Below are positions 1-10,731 of a DNA stretch of 20,000 nucleotides, piece after piece. Source of the DNA: Malacoraja senta. Taxonomy: Eukaryota. The stretch is taken from NCBI GenBank assembly GCA_038087875.1, contig JAXLNO010000600.1, forward strand, positions 609,416-629,415, read 5' to 3'. Position 1 is the first letter of the stretch. Every line of letters starts with the position of its first letter. A program made the translations under genes and the position numbers. Below the pieces are notes generated by a model. The model worked only from the letters and a program-made list of their open reading frames with translations, had not been told where the DNA came from and made no database searches.

Positions 1-19
1 TCACAATAAAGGAAATTAA

Positions 20-671
20 TCAAGTCAAGTCAAGTCACATTTATTTATATAGCACATTTAAAAACAACTCTCGTTGGCCAAAGTGCTTTACATTTGTTAT
101 AAGAATAGTATAAACAAACAAACTACATACATATATACATATAGCCCTCGCTCGGAGGACGTCAAGAAAGGCTTGGGAGTACAGATAAGTTTTTAGTCTC
201 GACTTAAAGGAGTCGATGGAGGGGGCAGTTCTGATGGGAAGAGGGATGCTGTTCCACAGTCTAGGAGCTGCAACCGCAAAGGCTCGGTCGCCCCTGAGCT
301 TATGCCTAGACCGCGGGATATTCAGCAACCCCAAGTCAGCCGATCTGAGGGACCTGGAGGTGGTGTGGTGGGTAAGCAGACTTTTCATGTAGGTGGGGGC
401 AAGCCCATTGAGGGCTTTGTAGACATAAAGGAGGATCTTGAAATTTATTCGGAACCGCACAGGGAGCCAGTGGAGAGAGGCCAGGATCGGGGTGATGTCC
501 CTTTTTCTGGTGCCCGTCAGGAGTCTCGCAGCGGCGTTTTGGACCAGTTGCAGGCGGGACAGGGAAGATTGGCTGATGCCAGTGTAAAGGGAGTTGCAGT
601 AATCTAGGCGGGAGCAGATAAATGTGTGGATGATCTTTTCGAGGTCATCAAACTGGAGGGATTGTTTTATT
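20..671 (-). mobile_element. L2-clade LINE, 5'-truncated 3' fragment (ORF2 C-terminus, 3' UTR, (GACTT)n tail)
   Basis: ORF 41..460 gives FRINFKILLYVYKALNGLAP...RSLRS...GDRAFAVAAPRLWNSIP...FKSRLKT, the typical L2 ORF2 end. The tail reads (CAAGT)n at 20-37. It is homologous to the plus-strand copy at 12330-12989. Confidence 0.9.
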
Positions 672-967
672 AACTGTTTTATTAAATGTTTTTTTAAACT
701 CGAATTGATGTCTGAATACCATTTTTATTTATAGTAGTCCCTCATGTCATCACTTATATCTCATATTTCATCTCATATATTTAGATAATTTAAACACACA
801 CAAGATCAAGGCAGGAATGCACTGTATTTACAGTTTTACTTCGCACAATCATTTTTATGAGTGAAAACAGACACAAACACTTCAAATGCTCTGCTTTTAA
901 AAGGGATATTTATTATACATCTCGATAAATCTGACAATAAAACAAGCAGCACACTGAATTTAAAACA

Positions 968-1314
968 TACTGTAGGCAACTCTTTCTCTTCCCCAGCTGG
1001 CCTCTGCTGCGGGGTTCCACAAGGTTCCATCCTTGGCCCCATTCTCTCCTCCCTGTATATGCTCCCCTTAGGCCAAGTCATTCAAAGGCACGGCATTTCC
1101 TTCCATTGCTATGCAGATGATACACAACTCTATCTCCCCCTGAAGCCCAAAAACCGATCAAATCTGCTTAACCTTACCCACTGCCTCGAGGATATAAAGT
1201 GTTGGATGGCCCAGAACTTCCTCCAACTAAACGAGAGTAAGTCTGAGGTCATCCTACTCGGCCTCTCGGACTCAATCAAAATGATAGCAGGCAGCCTTGG
1301 AAGCCTTACCCCGT
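968..1314 (+). mobile_element. L2 LINE copy 2, left part (RT core), interrupted by the CR1 insertion
   Basis: ORF 861..1316 contains CGVPQGSILGP...FHCYADDTQLY...WMAQNFLQLNESKSE. The frame ...GSLTP continues as LLRPHVKNLGVIFD at 12231. Confidence 0.9.
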
Positions 1315-1469
1315 GAGGCCCAGGAACCGTTGGTGAGGGAGGAGCGGCGTCCGGGCTGTGAGTATAATCCTCGATCGCGGGGCTTGTTTTACAGAAGCCC
1401 AGGAACCGTTGGTGAGGGAGGAGCGGCGTCCGGGCTGTGAGTATAACCCTCGACCGCGGGGCTTGTTTT
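1315..1469 (+). repeat. Tandem ~79-bp 5' UTR monomers of the CR1 (unit 1 at 1315-1393; unit 2 from 1394, split by L1; partial unit 3 at 3348-3381)
   Basis: Direct repeat ga(g/a)gcccaggaaccgttggtgagggaggagcggcgtccgggctgtgagtata...cgcggggcttgttttaca. The pattern resumes at 3345 after the L1. Confidence 0.85.
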
Positions 1470-3332
1470 TTTTGTTTTTTTAAATTAATTAATTTATTTA
1501 TTTATTAGAAGTACATTAAATTACAATCAATTACATTAATACACACCACGTATATCTTATTACATTTAATATACCCCTTCATTTTTTAAAGCTATTAAAA
1601 AAAAAGGTTGAAATTGAGAAAATAGAGAAAGTGAAAGAAAATAGTGTTAGTGTAAAAGCGTGTCGAAAGGAAAGGAGAAAGACCCTTTAGACGAGAAATT
1701 AGAGAAAGGAAATTAAGAGATAGACCCTAGGAAAGAAAAAAGAGAAGAAGAAAAAAGAGAAAGACAGACACTCTATTATGAACATCGCGCAAAAGGATAT
1801 ACCAACTTGTCTCCTTTCATCCCCCTTTACCAAGTCCTGACATCGGTGCCTTTTAAAGTACTGTTGCACCTTATGCTTGTAGTAATTCTATAAATGAAGA
1901 CCACGTCCTATAGAAGTGATCTGATTTGCCTGCCAGGAGGAGTCTTATCTCTTCCAGGTGTAATGTTTTAAACATATTTGAAATCCACATGTTTATTGTT
2001 GGTATAGGAGCATTTTTCCAGAATTTTAGAATAAGCTTTTTTCCAGTTATTAACCCGTAATCAAATAGGTTCTTTTGAAACACATTTAGTTCAGGGCTAC
2101 CTTCCGTTGTTCCAAAGATAATCCATTCTGCTTTTGGTATCAGTTTTATTTTAAATAATTTTGTAAAGATTTCAAAAATTTCAATCCAAACTTTGAATTT
2201 TTATACAAAAGACAAATGAATGCGCTATAGTAGCTTCTTGAGACTGACATTTATCACAGATAAATGATACGTTGGGAAAAAGTTTACTTATTTTGGTTTT
2301 TGAGTGGTAAAATTTTAAATTGAATTAAAGTGTGTCTTACATTAATCGAGCATTTGTGCACATTTAATAAATGTTCATCCCACCTCTCTTTTGAAATTTT
2401 AATAGCTAATTCTTGTTCCCAGTCTCTTCTAATACCATCCGTTGCTGGTATTTCTACATTTAAAATAATATTATACAAATAAGATATTAAGTTTGCTGAT
2501 TCGGCTTTTGTCTTCATTGCTTCGTCCAGTAAATCTAATGGCATATTATAATCTTTTGTATATTTTTTCAGATAATCACATATTTGGAAATATTTAAAAT
2601 ATTGATTGTTTCCCAGATTATATTTTAGTTGTAATTGTTGGAATGATAGTAGTTTTCCAGTTTCATACAAGTCTCCGAGCGTTTTAATTCATATTCTTTC
2701 GCATTGTATAAATGATTTGTCTATAATGGAGGGATTAAACGAAGGGTTATTAACTATTGGAGATAAGAGCGATAGATTTCTTAATTTTAAATTATGTTTT
2801 ATTTGTTTCCAAGTTCTAATTGTACTATGTATCATTGGATTTTTGTTATAGTTTGTGTTATTCAACTTCATTGGTGAGAGGAGGATCACTCCAATATTAC
2901 AAGGGGAGCAGTCCTCTCTCCATTATAATCCAATCCACCTGCTGGGCAGAGTTGTCGAGCAGTTGAATCATATTTTTAATATTTACTGACCAATAATAGT
3001 ACATAAAGTTAGGGAGTGCTAAGCCACCTAATACTTTGGGTTTGTTCAAATGTGTTCTTTGTATTCTATGGGATTTATAATCCCATATAAAATTTGTAAT
3101 GTCTGAATCCAGGTATATAGGAATTGATTGGAATAGGTATAGAATTTGTGGTAAAAAGATCATTTTTATAGCATTTATTCGGCCTATTAAAGACATCGGA
3201 AGCGTTTTCCAAAATTTAATTAAGGTATTTAATTTCTGAAGTAGAGGATTATAATTTGCGTTAAACATGGCTTGATATTTTCTGGTAATTTCAATACCCA
3301 AGTATTTAAATTTTTCTGTAGCTATTTTAAAA
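1470..3332 (-). mobile_element. L1-clade LINE, 5'-truncated (ORF2 C-terminal part, 3' UTR, poly-A)
   Basis: Fragmented minus ORFs contain KFKYLGI, WKTLPMSLIGRINAIKM and GGLALPNF.YYW. A CCHC motif CDKC...HSFVFC lies at ~2205-2260, the stop is at 1871, and a T-run marks the left end. Flanked by ggggcttgtttt (1458-1469) and gggacttgtttt (3333-3344). Confidence 0.88.
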
Positions 3333-3558
3333 GGGACTTGTTTTACAGAGGCCCAGGAACCCCACGTTGGTGAGGGAGGAGGAACCCAAATCTGTAACGT
3401 TCCAACGTTCCATTCACATTCCACAGTTCAAAACAAGTGGGCTTGAGGAAGCCGCTGATTGGTGGAAGCGGACTAGAGGAAGCAGCTGATTGGGAGTCTG
3501 CTGATTTCTTCCAGCACTTTGTATTGTACTTTGTATTATATCCAGGGTAAGGGGGAGA

Positions 3559-4480
3559 ATGAGGGTCAGGGCAGTTTACTGTTCTGGATGTCAGATGTGG
3601 GAAGTCATGGAGTCTGATAGCCCTCCAGACGTCCACATCTGTGCCAGGTGCGTCGAGATGGGGCTCCTAAGGGACCGTATTAGGAACCTGGAGCAGCAGC
3701 TCGATGACCTCCGTCTGGTCAGGGAGAGTGAGGAGGTCATAGAGAGGTGGCCACTCCAAAACCACGGGAGACAGACAAGTGGGTCATGGTTAGGAGGAGC
3801 AAGGGGCAGAGGCAGGGACTAGAGAGTACCCCGGTGGCTGTACACCTTGACAATAAGTACTCCTGTTTGAGTACTGTTGGGGGGGACAGCCTACCTGGGG
3901 GTAGCGACAGCGACCAGCCCTCCGGTACAGAGACCGGCCCTGTTGCTCAGAAGGGTAAGGAAAAGAAGAGGAGGGCAGTATTAATAGGGACTCTATAGTT
4001 AGGGGGTCAGATAGGCGATTCTGTGGACGCAGTCAGGAGACCCGGATGGTAGTTTGCCTCCCTGGTGCCAGGGTCTGGGATGTGTCTCAACGTGTCCAAG
4101 ATATCCTGAAATGGGAGGGAGAGGAGCCCGAGGTTGTGGTACATATAGGTACCAATGACATAGGTAGAAAAAGGGAAGAGGTCCTGAAAGGAGAATTTAG
4201 GGAGTTAGGAAGAGAGTTAAGGAAAAGGACCGCAAAGATAACAATCTCAGGATTACTGCCTGTGCCACGCGACAGTGAGAGTAGGAATGGAGCGAGGTGG
4301 AGGATAAATGCATGGCCGAAGGACTGGTGCAGTGGGCAGGGATTCAAGTTTCTGGATCATTGGAACCTCTTTTGTGGAAGGTGTGACCTGTACAAAAAGG
4401 ACGGGTTGCACTTGTACCTGAGGGGGACCAATATCCTGGCGGGGAGATTTGCAAAGGCTACTGGGGAGACTTTAAACTAG
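3559..4480 (+). pseudogene. CR1 ORF1 (CxxC/CxxC zinc finger, coiled coil, SGNH/GDSL esterase), frameshifted
   Basis: Contains CSGC...CARC and LLRDRIRNLEQQLDDL. The AVLIG[D]SIVRG block is broken by a 1-bp loss near 3990, followed by CLPGA, VHIGTND and DGLHL. Split over ORFs 3559, 3747 and 4046. Confidence 0.88.
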
Positions 4481-4779
4481 AACGGTTTGGGGGAAGGACT
4501 CAAATAGAGAAAGCTAGTAGACAGTGTGTGAGGCAGGAGGCAGAGAAGGGAAGCACTCAGACCCAACATGTAGGGGGGAAATAAGAAAAAGATAATAAAC
4601 GGAGAATAAGAGGTGGTGGGTTTCTTAAATGTGTGAGCAGAGAGACAGAGGGGTGTAAAATGAGGGTAGAAGCAATAAGTAGCAAGGTGAAAAGTAAAAG
4701 TGGTAGGCAGACAAATCCAGGGCAAAAATCAAAAAGGGCCATTTTTCAACATAATTGTATAAGGGGCAAGAGTGTTGTA

Positions 4780-5407
4780 AAAACAAGCCTGAAGGCTTTG
4801 TGTCTCAATGCAAGGAGCATTCGTAATAAGGTGGATGAGTTGAATGTGCAGATAGCTATTAATGACTATGATATAGTTGGGATCACGGAGACATGGCTCC
4901 AGGGTGACCAAGGCTGGGAGCTGAACATCCAGGGATATTTAATATTCAGGAGGGATAGACAGAAAGGAAATGGAGGTGGTGTTGCGCTGCTGGTTAGAGA
5001 GGAGATTAACGCAATAGAAAGGAAGGACATTAGCTTGGAGGATGTGGAATCGATATGGGTAGAGCTGCGAAACACTAAGGGGCAGAAAACGCTAGTGGGA
5101 GTTGTGTATAGGCCACCTAACAGTAGTAGTGGAGTTGGGGATGGCATCAAACAGGAAATTAGAAATGAGGAAGAGGATTTCTTGGAATGCATGCGGGATA
5201 GTTTTCTAAATCAACATGTAGAGGAACCAACGAGAGAGCAGGCTATTCTAGACTGGGTATTCAGTAATGAGGAAGGGTTAGTTAGCAGTCATGAGTTCTT
5301 CATTAGGATGGAGAGTGACATAATTAATTCAGAAACAAGGGTTCTGAACTTAAAGAAAGGTAACTTCGAGGGTATGAGACGTGAATTGGCCAAGATAGAC
5401 TGGCAAT
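4780..5407 (+). pseudogene. CR1 ORF2 APE endonuclease domain, internally deleted
   Basis: Contains LNARSIRNK, DIVGITETWL, RRDR..GGGVAL and VYRPP. The expected GDFN and SDH motifs are missing (apparent deletions near 5167 and 5290). Confidence 0.88.
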
Positions 5408-5928
5408 AGTTCAAAAATAGTTTAATTATTTCAATGGAACACAAAACCCAAACCTGATTCAAACAACCCAGTCAGGGATATGGATGGACGGACAAACAAT
5501 TTAACGGTGCTCCAGCCAGCCACGTGATGGACCGTCGAACCAGAGACTCTAAAACCTGCCTAAAAAGATATAACCCTGAAACAAAATACACGAAAACACT
5601 AAGGTCAGCCCTTATCCATCCCAATTCAATATTTGTTACTTAGTCATTGTGAAAGTACACAAAGTTCTATGCCATGTGGCCAGGCCTTCCGCAGCTCACT
5701 CCAGCAGTCAGCTCACAAGTCGGGGTTGACGAAGAAGAGAGGGAATCCTGGAGGACCTCTGGAATTTATGCTTCAGATGAGTCACCGTCACCTGACGCAG
5801 CTTGGCCAATCGGGTACAGGAGCCTTTTAACCCTTTGATTCCAGACTCACAGCCACAAGGCCTGCACTCGGGAAAGAAACAGAGAAAGGTAAGTACATAT
5901 CATTCACCAGGGGGGGAAGCGCCTAACA
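5408..5928 (-). repeat. 3' LTR, missing its distal 62 bp
   Basis: Matches 10211-10731 with 7 substitutions and 2 single-base indels by manual comparison. There is no counterpart of 10149-10210. Confidence 0.93.
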
Positions 5929-5937
5929 CCCCCACCC
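5929..5937 (-). other. Polypurine tract
   Basis: The minus strand reads GGGTGGGGG immediately before the TGTTAGG start of the 3' LTR. Confidence 0.75.
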
Positions 5938-6014
5938 AAAGATACTGAATAAGTTTCGGAAGAAGAGAGAAAAAAACACCACCAAATCCCAGAAACTATT
6001 CAGGAGCTAAAACT

Positions 6015-6739
6015 CTACTGGCGCGACAAGGCGTCAGCCAAGACATTATCCTTGCCACGGATATGCCTGACCTCCAGGTTGTAGTTAGTTTTGCCTCCGC
6101 TAGACGATGAAATACCTCCTTCAGATGACCTATGTGTTCGATCCACGACCTGGAGCACACAACCAAATCATCAAGGTATGCCTCACAGAAGGACAAACCA
6201 GACAATACAATGTTCACCAACCGTTGGAAGGTTGCCGGCGCATTGCGCATCCCAAAGGCCATTACTGTGTATTGAAGAAAGTTATCAGACGTAACGAACG
6301 CAGAGATCTCCCTCGCCCGCCTAGTCAAAGGAACTTGCCAATACCCTTTTAACAAGTCCAACTTAGACACAAAAGATGCACTTCCCACACGATCCACGCA
6401 ATCCTCCATTCGTGGGAGAGGATAGCAATCCGGCTTAGTTACACCATTCATTTTCCGAATGTCCGTGCAAAACCTGTCTTCCCCATTAGCCTTCGTAGCC
6501 AGTAGACACGGAGAACTCCACGGACTACAACTAGGTTCAGCAATGCCATGCCGCAGCATATAGTCAACCTGACTCCCTAGACGATGACGCCGGTCAGGGT
6601 TGACCCGATACGGATGCTGTTTAATTGGTGCAGCACCGGCCACGTCAATGTCATGCTGCAGCACAGACGTCTGAGAAGGCACATCCGAGAACAGTGACCC
6701 ATTTGACTCCACCAAAGCAAGCAGATCACCCCCGCTCAC
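6015..6739 (-). pseudogene. Reverse transcriptase joined out of frame to the last ~22 codons of RNase H (large internal deletion)
   Basis: Contains PIKQHPYR, SPWSSP, LDLLKGYWQV, FGMRNAPATFQR and YLDD. After AEAKLT, another frame reads YNLEVRHIRGKDNVLADALSRQ* (stop at 6015-6017). Confidence 0.9.
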
Positions 6740-6964
6740 TTTCAGTCAAATGAGACAACCGCAAGGGAAGCAACTCCAAAGCCTCAGAGTTACACAGCCT
6801 TCCCTGCGTCACTGCCACAGACAACCGTGCCTCACCCACATCACCACCCATGTCAGGGGGCAGCACCGCTGCAGCCAAAACAGGCTTAGACGAAGCCGAA
6901 GGACACAGCATCTCCACATCAACCTCCACAGGCTCCTGCTCATGGTACTGTTTCATCATGACAT

Positions 6965-8390
6965 GACAGCTGAGTCTCACGCCTTCGATCAGGGGTACCA
7001 ATAACATAATCCCTTTCACCAACCTTCTTAACCACCTGATGGGGACCGCTATACCGAGCCTGCAGACTGGAACCAGGAATAGGCAACAACACCAGGACCA
7101 TGTCACCTGATGAAAAATTCCTACTAGAAGCCTTCCTGTCGAACCACCCCTTCATCCTAGACTGAGCAGAAGCAAGATTACCCATTGCCAGTTCGCATGC
7201 CCTCTTCAGTCTAGACCGAAAGGTACAGACGTGGTCTAAAATGCTACGTTTTGTATCCTCCTGCAACCATTTATCCTTTAGGACCCTCAACGGACCACGT
7301 ACAGTATGCGCGAACACCAGGTCAGCAGGACTGAACCCTAAAGACTCCTGCACGACCTCACGCACCGCAAACATAACTAGATGAACCCCCTCATCCCAGT
7401 CTTTTTCAAACTCCAGGCAGTAAGTCCTCAACATAGATTTCAAAGTCTGGTGAAACCTCTCGAGAGCTCCCTGGCTCTCAGGGTGATACGCACTGGAGTA
7501 ACAACGCTTAATATCTAACAACTTCATTACCTGACCAAAAACCTTCGACATGAAGTGGAACCTTGGTCACTCTGCACAACCTTGGGCAAACCGAACAACG
7601 AAAAAAACGTAGTGAGAGACTTCACAATGGTAGGGGCAGTAATTCTACGCAAAGGGACCACCTCCGGAAAGCGGGTAGACGCACTCATAATTGTCAATAA
7701 AAACTTGTTGCCCACCCTTGTCCGAGGTAGAGGACCCACACAATCAACTAAAATCCGCTCAAACGGCTCACCGACCACAGGAATTGGATATAAAGGCGCA
7801 GGAACAATTGATTGGTTCAGTTTTCCTGCCACCTGGCAAATGTGACAACACCTGCACTGCTGTTTCACGTCCTTTTTCAACCCTGGCCAAAATATATTCC
7901 GTACGATCCGGTCATACATCTTATTGACGCCCAAATGTCCACCCAGAGGACCATCATGAGCCAAACAGAGTATCTCGTCCCTATACCGACGAGGTATCAC
8001 AATCTGATCAACCACGCTCCAATCATCATGCCCAGATATATCCAAGGGAGACCACTTTCGCATCAGTAATCCCTCCCTTAGAAAATACCCCTTTGCTGTG
8101 GAATCCATATCCCCCTCAGGCACCGTGCGGTCGAACAGATCAGATAAACCTGGATCACTCTTTTGCTCCTCAACCAGCCGGTCACGTGACAGCGACACCG
8201 GCCCATTTCCAGACACTACCCCATCTTGAGATGTAGAAACACCCTTCACAACACAGGATCCCTCATCCTGATCCCCAAAAATGCTCTCACTCAGGTCCAC
8301 TACATCCTCAAACTTCGCCTGGCCCTTAGCCATAGCCCTCGTGACAGCACAAGCTGCGAAGACCCTCGGATGCTGCATAGCCAACCCCAT
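6965..8390 (-). pseudogene. Integrase (HHCC, DDE core, GPY/F), frameshift near 7550
   Basis: Contains AHDGPLGGHLG...CRCCHICQ, PFERILVDCVGP, SDQG, YHPESQGALERFH and RYSGPHQV. Confidence 0.92.
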
Positions 8391-8422
8391 CAGGACTCTG
8401 CACCATCGGAACAGCCGTCACC

Positions 8423-8690
8423 TCAGGAGTAACTAAAACTACCCCCTGCCAAGTCATTCCCCAAAATTACTGAAACTCCCCCAACGGGAAAACACGGCCG
8501 TAACCCAACAGTTACCCGGCCTGAAACCAACTCGGACTCGAGACTCACGGTATGCAAAGGCACTACCATGTCATCCATCCCGAATCCTACCACAGGGACA
8601 CTTGACCCAACCGATGATTCCCCAGAAAACGGCAGTACACTCTCCAATATAAAGGACTGAGTAGCACCAGTATCACGCAAGATGGATACT
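8423..8690 (-). pseudogene. Aspartic protease
   Basis: Contains LRDTGATQS and ILGND motifs. Confidence 0.88.
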
Positions 8691-8699
8691 GGAACTCTA

Positions 8700-9980
8700 T
8701 CACCCCATCCTCCAGAGAAACAAAACCATTCATGATGAACGCAGAATAATTCCTACGCTCATCAGACTCAGGCACCTCAGGTACCACAGGTGCCTTCTGT
8801 GTACCCACCAAAGCCACAGGCTTTGCATTTTTCTGCTTCAGAACGGGACATGCCTTTAACATGTGCCCTCTCCCTCTACAATAGTAGCACACAGGACCTT
8901 CGTTAGTCCTCAAATTTCCGTCAACCTTATTAGCTCGGACCCCCCCCTGTATCAACGTGCTGCCACTTGCAGGCACAGAAACACCTTTGACACTGCCACC
9001 GGCTACACCACCACGATCAGCCGGCCGTGCACCAAAACTATAGGATCGCCCAACAAAATCAGTTTTATGAGTCAATACATACTCATCTGCCAACACCGCG
9101 GCCTTCGACACCTCATTCACCTTCTGCTCATTAAGGTAAGTAGTAACCCTCTCAGGGAGACAGTTCTTAAAGTCTTCCATAATCATCAAGGCCCGCAGTT
9201 GCCCAATATCCTTCACTCCTTGAGAAGCGCACCACCTGTCAAAAAGTGCCTCCTTCTCCCTAGCAAACTCCACATAAGTCTGACTATCAAACTTCCTAAA
9301 GCGCCGGAATTTCTGCCGGTACGCCTCTGGAACTAATTCATAAGCCCTTAATACTGTAGACTTCACACATTCATAGTCCAGACTGCTTTCAACAGACAAA
9401 GACGAGTACACCTCCCGTGCTTTACCCACAAGGACACACTGCAATAGCAAGGTCCACACTTCCCTAGGCCACTTCAAGGACAAAGCCACCCGTTCAAACA
9501 CTGTGAAAAACTTGTCCACATCCTTCTCACTAAAGGGGGGAACCAGGCGGATGTTCTTGCTCATATCAAACTCCCGTCCCTAGAAGAAACCAGGGAGGCA
9601 TCCAATTCCTTATCCCGCACCCTAATCACTGCCCTCTTGGTTTCCTCCTCAGCCCCACGCAGCTGAATCTCTGCTCTTTTGGTCTCCTCCTCTGCTCTTT
9701 TGGTCTCCTCTTTCATTGCCAGCTCTAACGGCTTCAACCTAATGACTGCCTCCATGTCCTGACCAGGCTGAACAGAAGGTGTGGGACTGTCTGCACAGCC
9801 AGGCAAAACCCCACCCTCCACCAACGCAGCCCACAACACCGATTTAATGGACTGTTTCTTTGACTGTGGGTTAATAGGCACTTCATAGTTCTCTGCCAGA
9901 AAAATCAAATGCTCCTTCGTACATCTATCAAACAACTCCCGACTAGGAGCCTCAATAAAGTCCTTCCCTTTAGACTCCAT
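8700..9980 (-). pseudogene. Gag: N-terminal coiled coil, capsid with SCAN-like C-terminal domain, CCHC knuckle; frameshift near 9565
   Basis: Contains LVPPFSEKDVDKFF..FER, GKAREVY, DYECVK..VLRAYELVPEAYRQKFR, EDFKNCLP, KAAVLADEY and CYYCRGRGHMLKAC. Confidence 0.88.
9630..9710 (-). repeat. 21-bp in-frame tandem repeat in gag encoding EETKRA heptads
   Basis: ctctgctcttttggtctcctc occurs at 9669-9689 and 9690-9710, with a degenerate copy at 9630-9650. Confidence 0.85.
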
Positions 9981-10132
9981 ATCAAATGTAGCACCAAACC
10001 ACCAGCTAAACCCTGGGCACCAATGCTACCACAAACAGGGAAGAAAAATTTCCCTCACAACACACAGACTTCCTCAGTCACCAGAAGCCTACCAAAAAAA
10101 ACCCCAAAAACGTCTAGGGTCCTCAAAACTTA

Positions 10133-10145
10133 GGACGAGCCCCCA
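10133..10145 (-). other. Primer binding site, tRNA-Pro
   Basis: The minus strand reads TGGGGGCTCGTCC, 3 nt inside the 5' LTR. This equals the first 13 nt of the canonical tRNA-Pro PBS (TGGGGGCTCGTCCGGGAT). Confidence 0.9.
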
Positions 10146-10148
10146 TTT

Positions 10149-10731
10149 TGTTACGACTCCCGAATGCAGGTACTTCAGAGCTGCGTAACATAATTCAAGA
10201 ACCAGGTTCAAGTTCAAAAATAGTTTAATTATTTCAATGGAACACAAAACCCAAACCTGATTCAAACAACCCAGTCAGGGATATGGATGGACTGACAAAC
10301 AATTTAACAGTGCTCCAGCCAGCCACGTGATGGACCATCGAACCAGAGACTCTAAAACCTGCCTAAAAAGATATAACCCTGAAACAAAATACACGAAAAC
10401 ACTAAGGTCAGCCCTTATCCGTCCCAATTCAATATTTGTTACTTAGTCATTGTGAAAGTACACAAAGTTCTATGCCATGTGGCCAGGCCTTCCGCAGCTC
10501 ACTCCAGCAGTCAGCTCACAAGTCAGGGTTGACGAAGAAGAGAGGGAATCCTGGGAGGACTCTGGTATTTATGCTTCAGATGAGTCACCGTCACCTGACG
10601 CAGCTTGGCCAATCGGGTACAGGAGCCTTTTAACCCTTTGATTCCAGACTCACAGCCACAAGGCCTGCACGCGGGAAAGAAACAGAGAAAGGTAAGTACA
10701 TATCATTCACCAGGGGGGGAAGCGCCTAACA
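10149..10731 (-). repeat. 5' LTR (583 bp, TGTTA...TAACA termini)
   Basis: Begins tgttacg at 10149 and ends cctaaca at 10731. It is a direct repeat of 5408-5928. Confidence 0.95.

Larger units (their letters stand above)
5408..10731 (-). mobile_element. Ty3/Gypsy LTR retrotransposon, Gmr1-like (Gag-PR-IN-RT-[RH]), defective
   Basis: Two near-identical LTRs, a PBS, a PPT, and Gag, PR, IN and RT motifs on the minus strand, with integrase upstream of RT. Confidence 0.95.

Noticed and set aside
1315..1469. Direct repeats as a CRISPR-like array
   Set aside because: The units are contiguous with no unique spacers, there are no cas genes, and the context is a eukaryotic LINE 5' UTR.
4046..4480. Stand-alone host or captured SGNH hydrolase gene
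   Set aside because: An esterase domain is a known part of CR1 ORF1, and it sits in the ORF1 position.
5633..5830. Duplicated 65-aa ORF (also 10436-10633) as a gene pair
   Set aside because: It lies within the two LTRs, antisense to the element, starts at TTG and has no recognisable motif.
5408..10731. Endogenous retrovirus (tRNA-Pro PBS as in MLV)
   Set aside because: There is no env and no room for one, and the RT motifs and domain order are Gmr1/Gypsy.
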